Shown here in pieces: positions 54,733-64,000 of a DNA stretch of 64,000 bases. The notes beneath the pieces were generated by a model. The model saw nothing but the letters and a program-made list of their open reading frames with translations, was not told where the DNA came from and did not search any database. This DNA is from Tubiluchus corallicola. Its lineage: Eukaryota; Animalia; Priapulida. Positions within the stretch are counted from its first letter, which is position 1. The number at the start of each line of letters is the position of its first letter. The translations under genes and the position numbers were made by a program. Where the stretch lies: the NCBI GenBank assembly GCA_030141605.1, contig JAQGDQ010000020.1:1-64000 (forward strand), in the 5' to 3' direction.

Positions 54733-55487
54733 TGTGGGGCATGGAGTACACCACTAGCCGAAGTAGGACACTTCCGATAAATGTGCTAAATTTGCGGAAA
54801 AACAGGGCAGCCAAGTAGGGCACTGGCATTTCTGTCGGGAATCGAGAATTATGACATAATAAAACACAAAACTAAATTTGTTTTAGAAAAAAGTGACTTT
54901 ATAGAAAATAGTGACTATATGGATAATCCTTGACAATTACAAATGTATTTTTTTACAATAATATCATCATTATTATTAGCTCATCATAACATTAAACTAA
55001 GTATTTAATGCTTTAAAGAGAGAAACTATGCACACAGTTATTACAACAATAATTATTGCAAGTTTAAAAATGAAACTTTTATTTAGTAGTGAAGTAGTAA
55101 TAAAAAAATTACTTGTCCTAGAGGTAGTGAAGTACTTGGATCACCTGTCTGTGAAGCAGGACAAAATAAAAAATGATATACCTTAAGCAAATGTTGGAAT
55201 CGGCTAAGAAGTGGGCTTATTTCACTTCAAAAAGATTAATATCAAAGCGAAATTCAATACTGGCCGACCTACTAGCTCAGAACGAGATTATTTTATTTTG
55301 TCCGATGTATAATAAATTATTCAACTTGTATTAACGTTTTCAATTATTATTATTAAATAAATAAATACAACGGACGCTGCCGGTACGGTTAACGACTCAA
55401 TTCGCGACCTGTCTCTATTGTCCTACTTGGGCAGCCCATGTACACCAATTTTCCTACTTCGGTTAGTGTCCTACTCCGCTCCCAACA
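54733..55487. mobile_element. TGT...ACA MITE (Ginger-like) with 5-bp TSD
   Basis: Imperfect ~36-bp TIR TGTGGGGCATGGAGTACACCACTAGCCGAAGTAGGA / TCCTACTTCGGTTAGTGTCCTACTCCGCTCCCAACA. CATAC on both flanks. No ORF. Confidence 0.75.
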
Positions 55488-55954
55488 CATACAATTTAAA
55501 AAAATATTATCACATTTAAGACTTTATCCATAATCCAGAGACGGATATTAGAACTGAGAAAGTATATAGTGGCACCATCGCAGATAGAGGGAGGTCATGC
55601 AATTTAAAAAAAAATATTTTCACATATTGTTTATGTATCGAAAATATTTGACAGTTTCGCTCTCCGTAGTCATTGGACAGGCAATCGCCAAACGAAATCT
55701 CGTACCCCTGAAAAAAACAACCAAACACTAGCTTACCAGTTAGTCCAACAAGCACTAGAAATACAATATCAGGGCTAATCGGTCCCTTTTCGCCATTAAA
55801 TCTGAAACCATGTGCTCACTGAAGTTTAGCAATGGCAACGATCTTCGGTGTAGTATATAGTCAAACCAAACCGATTAGGGCAACGTATCGCGTTAATTAT
55901 GGAGTTGCCCATGCAGAGCGCGGAGTACGCCACTAGTAGGCCAAATAGCGCTAA

Positions 55955-57742
55955 TTCAATTCAATTTAATCTGGTTTTATTTGCACAAATACATACAATG
56001 TACATTGGCAAAAGCAATACACGTTAAATACTACATAAACCGAAGAAATCATAATAGGCTGTGTGTAAAGTTTTTTTCATAGACAAATGTTAGGATACGG
56101 CATACTGATACTAAAGTCACAGTTATATAAAAATTGTATAATTTAGCAATGAAAAAAGAAAAATGACTTAAAAATAGTAGGTATTTGTACCAGCTTTTTA
56201 AATGAAAGATTATAAAAAATAACATAGAGTTGAAAATAATTTGGTTAGAGTCTGCTGCCAAACTGCTGATTTCTTCTTCCCTAGGAACTGGAGTTGTTGC
56301 CAAAAGTTTCTTGCATTGATGTTATAGATGTATCGACTGTAACCAGAAAACCTATGAAAAACAAAGAAACTGTACTAAGAGCGAAGCCTACAAAAAACAA
56401 ACAAAACATTATTAAAAACAATTAGCAGCTATACATTATGCAATACAAAATTATAACTAGATATTAAAAAGTCTCAACTCTTGAGTAGTTGAGTTTCCAT
56501 TGAGAAGGTTCAACAAGGTGTAGCCAGTGTTAGCTTTTTGTTTTTCTTATTTAGAAGTTTTTAAATATATATTCTCCAAAAGGAATTATATCCTTTTGAA
56601 CATTGCTGTTAAACAGCCACATCTAGAGAAAAATTTAGACTGTGAAGTTTAATTTCATAATTTGTTTTATTTTCAAGAAAAAGTGAGCAGTCATAAATAA
56701 AGTGTATTTCATCTTCTATTTCATGTTTTTTAGGTCAGGAGGTTGTGCAATAATTGCATATTCGTTCTTGTTCAGGTGTTTTGGTATAACAAGCATGTTC
56801 GATTTCTAAATCATGATCACTCACTCAGAGTTTAGTGATAGCTTGTCTATGATTGTTGTCCCTAATAGTGTTTAGGTAAGGCTCCATTTTGTATTTTAAC
56901 CCCCTGTAAAATCTGAGCTTGTTACTGCCTCCCTTTTTCCTATCACCATTATGAATTTCGCTAAAAAATATATTTTCATATCCCGTTTTTAGAATTTTGT
57001 TCAGGTTTTTTTGACATTCTGTGCTATTGTCATTGATTCATTCTCATATTCTGATGCATAGCTTGGGTTAGGTTGCCATGTGGGCGACAATAGAGCTGTA
57101 TGATTCAGAGACGGGAAGATGGTGTTAAATATAGCCTTTCTAGGTTTGTGGGCAGCAGTCAAGCCAAATTTGTATGATCTTTTTGCTGCTGCGATGAGGA
57201 GAGGATATAAAGCCAGTTCAGCCTTGTAGGCAATATTACATGCTGTTGTCTTTACTCCTATTACCCATTTTGTGAACTTTATTTTGGACATTGTCGAATG
57301 GGAATTGATTCCATATTTGTAGAAGTTTCTCAGTGTCATTGCTGTTAATTTTATTTAGTTTTTCTACGTAAGCATTTGTCAAAATTTCGCAACCGTATAT
57401 TGCAAAAGGGACTATTAATGTCTTAAATAAGAAAATTAGTAAACTCAATGGGAAATTACTATTAAATATTAGAGCTTTTACTTTAAAAAGAGTTCCAATG
57501 CTGTGGTTTCTCACTGTTTCTACATGTTTGTTGTGTATTCCTGTATTGGTGAGATATTTAATATGTTTTTCATTCTTTAGTGTTTCTGCTTTCATCTGGA
57601 AGGTGGTATATAATGGCAGCCTTTTTCCAAATGCCACTATTTTCGCTTTTTTGTAGTTGATTTTTAGGTGGTTTTGTGTGGCATACTGTGAAAGTTCATC
57701 AATACATTTTTGGAGGCCCTCTCTAGATCTGTTAGAGCACAT
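55955..57742 (-). mobile_element. 5'-truncated LINE (CR1/L2-like RT C-terminal half), decayed
   Basis: ORFs 57236-57742 and 57001-57339 give SREGLQKCIDEL...LKINYKKAKIVAF...LIVPFAIYGCEI...KAELALYPL. Downstream frame reads AITKL*VSDHDLEIE...EQERIC...IEDEIHFIYDC. 3' tail AATAAAACCAGATTAAATTGAATTGAA. TSD GCGCTAA at 55948-55954 and 57743-57749. Confidence 0.85.
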
Positions 57743-57809
57743 GCGCTAAATTTGTGGAAAACTAGTGTCGTGCATGGGCATCCCATGTAGAGCACTAGCA
57801 ATTTCTTTC

Positions 57810-58017
57810 ACTCTTTTGACTTTAGCAACCGAGTAGTAAACAGTTGGAATGGTCTAAGCAGCAAAACTATAGCATCTAAATCAATAAATGAATTCAAACA
57901 AAATATGAGTGGAATCAGAAAAAAATTCTTGTACCATACAACACTAATACCAGTAGAGAACAGGCATTACAGATGATCCATGAATCTACTTCTAGCCTTA
58001 ACATTGGATATGGATAT
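57810..58017 (+). mobile_element. 3' fragment of a CR1-type LINE
   Basis: Frame reads FSNRVVNSWNGLSSKTIASKSINEFKQN, the typical CR1 ORF2 terminus, followed by a short UTR ending in GGATATGGATAT. Confidence 0.7.
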
Positions 58018-59494
58018 GTCAACAAGTATTTTGTCAAATTTTTAAAGACTCTGTGAAAGTTTCTTCATTTTATTAAAAATTGGGCTTGTTGAGTTAGTTT
58101 CCGTCAGTTTGGCATCATACAGTGGATATACACTTGATCGTCTTCACCAAATCGGCAAGCAGCCTGACATCAATTAAAAGTGCCAGTTTGCAACATCAAA
58201 AACATATATATTGTTCACGTAGTGAGACAAAATAAAAAATGTTGGAATCGCCTAAAAACGGGCTTATTTTCACTTCAAAAAGATTAATCCCAAAGACAAA
58301 TTTAATATTGCTCGTTAGACTAGCTCAGAATAAGATTCTTTTATTTCAGCAGATGTATAATGAATTGTATGATGTGTTGACATTTTCAATTATTATTATT
58401 AAATAAACAAGGACAACGGACGTTGCCACTATGGTTTAAGGACTCAATAAGTGACTGTCTCTAGTGTTCTACTTGTGCAGCCACATACGACGCATGCTAA
58501 TTAGGCTAGCCCTACGTAGATGTACGGCAACTGTCCTACTTTGGCTTGTATCCTACTCCACTCCCGACAGCCTGTAACATGTCAATTAAAGTTAGTTAAA
58601 GACATGTTTGCTACTTAACTAATGAATTTGTGATTATTTATGTGAGCAGATGTTCTCTTATTATTTCAATTTATTTAATGAATGAAAAAGTTGGTAGACA
58701 TAGACATTTTTATTTATCTCCTCATTTACACCTGTATACAAATTGATAGTATTATTTTTTTAGTTATTGATTAAAAAGGATAAATTAAGCATAAAGGAAA
58801 GAGTTAAGGGGGGGGGGGTGCAGGAGAAAGGGTAGCGAAAGACCAATTGGGTAGCTTTGTAAAAGTGGGTAAATTATAAATTTCAATTCATTTCAGTTTT
58901 ATTTGCGAAAATACATGCAATGTACATTGGCATATATGAGTGTATACTAGAATGGATTCAACAACAAATGACAGAGTCGTATTTTTGAATTGCCAATTTG
59001 AATTCTAGATGGCAGCAATAACATCATTTTAGAGAAAAGCCTAAGCCTGCAATAATTCACAACGGATCATCATGAAACTTTATAGGAATATATTGGAATG
59101 AAACCTGTACAGACTAACAGAGTTCGATTTGCCTTCATTTCAAAAGGGCGGCGTTCACGTCATTTTTTTTTCTATCCACGAACTTGAGTTCAGCAAGACC
59201 TCGAGTTATAGTTTGAATCGAATTTGCTTGCTTCATAACACTGAACCTGTTTGCCTGACAAATTGAACCTTTGGACAAACATCATTTGTTTTGGCATTTA
59301 CGAGGAAGGTAATCAGTGTTTTAGCTGATTTACCTATATTTGAAGTAACTCGTTTTCGTTTTTGTGCATTTGTTTATCTATCTAGGAAATAACACTTCTG
59401 CTAGCTGTCTCCTTTTCTAATATACAGTTGTTTTTGCATTTTCAGGTAATCAATGTAGAACTGAATATATTTGTCAGTCACAGGACTAGGAGAA

Positions 59495-62400
59495 ATGACT
59501 CTCACACTGACAGACTCAGTTGGTTTTCTGGCAACTATAACGACTGTTTGTCTAGCTCTGACTGGAATGTAAGCTACTAGATAAAAGAAAATTTACGAGA
59601 GTATTATATGAGGTAGATTTCGCAATGCTTTGTAGCTGATTAAATGTTATTGCTGTTAGCTAACAAAGCAGTCAACCAAACCTTTATTTTTGCTTTTAGA
59701 CCAACTTGTAAAAAGATCTGGAGAATTGGATCTACTGGTGATATATCTCCTCTTCCATTCATTACGGCTACTTCAAGGTAAAATATGTTAAGTTTAGTAT
59801 TTTCATTTTGAGTCAGCGAATGATGTATGCAGTGTTAGTTACTGTGTTGTACCAGTTTTTCCAGTTATGATATAAAGGCTCAGCCTCATTATTTTTTTCA
59901 GGTAAGTTCAAGGAATATGTTCTGAAACAATACTTTTGATCAATTTGGTAAAATAATTAAATCATTCAGTAAGTAATTAGATGATCTTACTGTGCATTAA
60001 CCGTTTTTCCAAGCAAGCCACGCAATTTTCTGATTGTGTAACTGTTGAGGGCTGGTGCAATCGCAATAAGCTGCCAATCTGTTTAGTACCTATTCTGTGT
60101 GGACTGGCCTACCTGGATGCTCGATTTTTCCATGTAGATCTTCTTACTGAACAAAGTACTGTATATCAGTAAACTGTGCTGAAAATTCAGCACATTTTGG
60201 TAAGAAAGGCCAACTTCCTACGATATTTGATTATAGAGTTAGGCGAAGTTAAATGGCAATGTTGCACAGCACACAGACTGTTAGAGACACAGCTATGCAG
60301 TCGAAAGCACATTGTATCATTTTGTATAGCGCTATTGAGTTGGTAATTAATGAATGGTAGCAAAATGTAATTTCAGAGTAATAGTTGTAGGTAATTTCTT
60401 CTTAAAATAGTAAAAATGATAAATTTTCCTCTTTAAGAGTTATTTTAAACAGAAAACTTTCACTTTTAGTTTGCATAAATGCTTTTTGATAGTTAACTTC
60501 TTGGCAAAGAAATCACTATTTGCTTTTTTATATTCATGTCTCAGCAAAAGTACTGAAAAGCAGAAAAAAGTGCATGCTAAATCTATGTAAATTGGCTTTT
60601 AAAGCCTTGTTTGTAAAGTGGTATTTTTGCAACGTGTCGTAAGTCAGAGACGACAAAAATTTATTGCTTCATTTCACAGAATTAACGAGAAAGTAAAGCA
60701 TTATGCTATTAATAATATTGTTGTCCTTATTTATCAACCTATACATGAACCTATATGCATACTAACATCTGCTGTCACAATATTGGGTGGGTAATAAGGC
60801 ACAAAAATAGGCAGTACTTTTCATTAACTACTTCATTTCATTCTGGAACTAAACTTGCACTGGCTCTCATAACTATACTAGCATTATTCAAGGTTTTATG
60901 ATTTCATTAACTGAAGGCCTACTGTCATAATTTAATAAAACTGACACATTCCTGCAAAGAGCCCAGCAGCAATTTAAGTTGGCCTACTGTAGCGAAATTT
61001 ATACATCTGCAAATTTTCGCATCTGTTACAGTGCAAACATAATAAACTAAAACAAACTAAACAAGACTAAACTAAACTAAGTAAACTTTTCATTTGTAAA
61101 CAGCTGTATATTAGGTTTGCTAATTAGGTGTACACTGTAAACTAAATTATTTCCTTTAGTAAACGCCGTGTAAATATTTAGCAACCTTAATAATTTTAAG
61201 CAAAAGTTCAAGTTATCTTATTTATTTTATTAACTAGGGTAGTTGTGCGCACAGAAACATTGGGATCTTAACAAATAGACAATTTTTATATGTTTTTACT
61301 TTAAATCTCTCAGAATAAATGCATCCAATATGGCGTAAATCAAATATTCAGTTACAAGCATAAACAAAACAAATGGTGTCATTACCTGAAAACCTTTTTC
61401 AAAAAACACTGGTAATATAGAGTAAGTGGGAAAAAAATCATATATAATGCTTTCTTTTCTTTCTCTCACATAAATACACATGTACAAACAATGTGGCTCC
61501 GTCTCCATAAATATATGTATATAACGTGATGTATTTTTTCTTTTTCAGTGCTGTGTTATGGCTCAAGTATGGAATTATGAAAGAAGATTGGACTATCATT
61601 TTAGTGAATCTGATTGGTACCATTCTGCAAGGATGTTACACTATATTTTACTACTACATGTGTCCTGCTAAAGTAAGTCAGTTACATTAATTTAGAATGT
61701 TTAAATTTGTGATGCTTACAATTAATAATGACATTTTGTAAGCAGACAAGTGTTTGCTCTTGCACATGATCAAAAAACAAGAAAACAGAGGAAAGGATAG
61801 ATGTGCAAATTCTCAATTCAGGACACTAACGCATTGCAGGAAAATGCTGTGTTTTAAAAGTAAATTGTCTTAATGCGAAATACCTTAAAATACTCCAGAG
61901 GTATATTCCAGTATTGAAAGTTTATAGAACAACAAATCGAAATTAACAATCAATAATAATATTAGTATAGATGATGAAGTCATGTTGGACTTACCTCAGA
62001 GGTGTTTCCGAAAAGTTTTTCAGTTGCCTGCACATCATTGTACTTTGTAAATGGTCATCTAAATACTGTATTATAGTAACAGTTTCTCTGTCTTTATTGT
62101 TCTACTTTTTGTTAATGGCTTTCCTGGCTGTCCTACTCATTGTTACACTTATGTGCTCATTTTGATTGGTCTGCATTTTTGTAAATTGTGGTTAGAGTTA
62201 TCTGAGATAGAATTGAACAAATGGTCATATAATGTCCAGTTTTGTGGATTTAAAAATTTTCTTTTCTATTTTATGCTAGCTATGGCAGTTTGCTGAGAAA
62301 TATTATAAATACATTGTTTTTTTGGAATGGAGCAATTAACACCACACTTTCACATAGTATAGCCAAATGTTATCAGACGAGGCATATCTAGGTAACCATA

Positions 62401-63088
62401 CAGCAGCAATATCTTCACAGTGATTTGGGTAAATAGTGGCTTCTTTATAAAGAGGCACCTTAACAAATAAAATTTCAGTGCTTAAGGTAAGGCCGAGAAA
62501 CTGAAAAATTGATTATTAAATGAGAGAAGGTGGCAAAATGTTTAAAACAAAATGCTGCTGACTGGGGAGTTGTTAAGCGAGAACTTACTGTACCTAACAT
62601 TTAGCCAAGATGGTTTACCTATAACAGGTTTGCGTGGCTGCAAAGTACTTTATATATACACTTGTCCAAGACAATGAATTTTGTGTACTGGTTTTGCATG
62701 CCAGGTGTATCGTTTATTCCGTACCATCTCAGAGGTTTTATCCATTGTAACATGAATGCATTTATGACCTGCATCACCAATTTCCCTGAAAAATGTTATG
62801 TAAAAATATTAAATGTTTGGACGACAAATTTTCAGCTGTGAAACATTTTATGCTTTAGTTAAGGCATTTAAAAAGGGCCCGGTATTTACTTTTTAATTAA
62901 TGTGGCTCACCAAAGTTTTTTTGCAGGTTGCTATGCAAAAACAACTGTTAGTTGCAGCGGGTGTTGTTTTTCCCTTGCTCATCTATACGAAGTATGTTGC
63001 GAATGATTACTATACAGCATTAAATAGGCTTGGAATAGCCTGTTGTTTGATGGGCGTTATTTTTTTTGGATCTCCTTTGGTGTCTATG
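59495..63088 (+). CDS. SLC50A1: Sugar transporter SWEET1 (MtN3/saliva family), first four coding exons; 3' end beyond window
   Basis: Exons 59495-59568 (MTLTLTDSVGFLATITTVCLALTG), 59700-59777 (PTCKKIWRIGSTGDISPLPFI), 61549-61672 (LWLKYGIMKEDWTIILVNLIG) and 62927-63088 (...RLGIACCLMGVIFFGSPLVSM). GT-AG, phases 2/2/0/0 consistent. Probable UTR exon donor at 59308/59309 and acceptor at 59445. Confidence 0.92.
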
Positions 63089-64000
63089 GTAAGTATCAAC
63101 AAGAGTATAAATCTAAGCAGTTGAACTGTGTAGCTGTGATTGTTGATTTTCTGAGTTAGTTTAAGAACTTATTTATCTGTTGGCAGTAGCTTGGTAGATT
63201 TATTTTTTATCAATAAAAATTTGATAATTGTCTGCCCAGCTCCTAATGTGCAACATTCAGGTAATAACAGTGTATCGGTGTTTGTGTTTTCATGTTAACA
63301 AACTAATCTACTATTGAGTGCAAAAATTTATGAGAAAAAAATATAATTTTCAATTCATGAGACGTGCTTATGGTATTTTAATTAATATTTGGTCAAAGAA
63401 AAAGCTTTGCAATTAAAATATCATATAAATAAGAGTAGATCATAGCTGAAGAAAACGCTTTTACTTTAATAAAAATTTAACTCTGTGAGTTAAACTCTTA
63501 TTTCAAGTCAGATCACAAATACCATATTTTGACAGCAAGCACTGCAAGCTTTTTCAGTAAATTTGTCAGAATTTACATTGAAATTAAATTTACTGTTGTT
63601 GTAGCTATTTTGTAACTAAGGTTGTGAAAGTTACATGGCGGGCTTTTATGATAAATGTACAAAAAATTGACTGCATTGCCAAGTTTACTAAAGCGTTGAT
63701 GCAAGTGCTCAGCTTGTAGGAAAATTTGCATGGTTGCTGCACATTTTTATTGAGGGATGGTCAGGAGCTACCCTTCCAAATATGTTTAAGCACTTTAGCT
63801 GGTGCTCTCTTTTGTCCCAGAGAAATATCTTTTTTGACAATGAACTAGGTTAGGGTCCAACCAATATCAGCTCCATTATTAGACTCTGTCATTGAGTAAG
63901 TTTCCTGCTCTCGGTAGCATGTCATTTATACATGCATTGTGAAACTGTGAATTGTTGATTTTCCGTGTATGCTCTATTTGAAAGCATTTTGCTTGGTTTA

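Larger units (their letters stand above)
55912..58569. mobile_element. Second, more diverged copy of the same MITE, interrupted by two LINE insertions
   Basis: Left end TGCAGAGCGCGGAGTACGCCACTAG. Resumes at 57743 (GCGCTAAATTTGTGGAAAAC). 58237-58569 aligns by eye to 55189-55487. Right end CCTACTCCACTCCCGACA. Flanks GCCCA / GCCTG. Confidence 0.7.

Overview
AT-rich, intron-rich animal genomic DNA (invertebrate-like; organism not determinable from sequence). It is not prokaryotic, and most short ORFs in the track are noise. Five protein-coding loci are supported. (1) An intronless mitochondrial L-threonine 3-dehydrogenase (+, 31-1155). (2) The last five coding exons of a CDK5RAP1/MiaB tRNA methylthiotransferase (-, 5413-9709). 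(3) An intronless LRR single-pass membrane protein (+, ~41948-44542). (4) Ten coding exons of an Acl4-like TPR protein (-, 53399-46243). (5) The first four coding exons of a SWEET1/SLC50A1 sugar transporter (+, 59495-63088, running off the window). The most striking observation is that I could find no terminal exon for the Acl4-like gene and no 5' exons for CDK5RAP1. The two partial genes lie on the same strand and are splice-phase compatible across a 36.5-kb gap that contains the antisense LRR gene. This points to a fusion gene, a rearrangement or an assembly join. The rest is minisatellites, microsatellites, hAT/Harbinger/Ginger-like MITEs and decayed LINEs, including a nested TE stack between the divergent Acl4-like and SWEET1 5' ends. 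Gene models were read by eye from splice sites and translation; homology calls are from recalled family sequences, not database searches.
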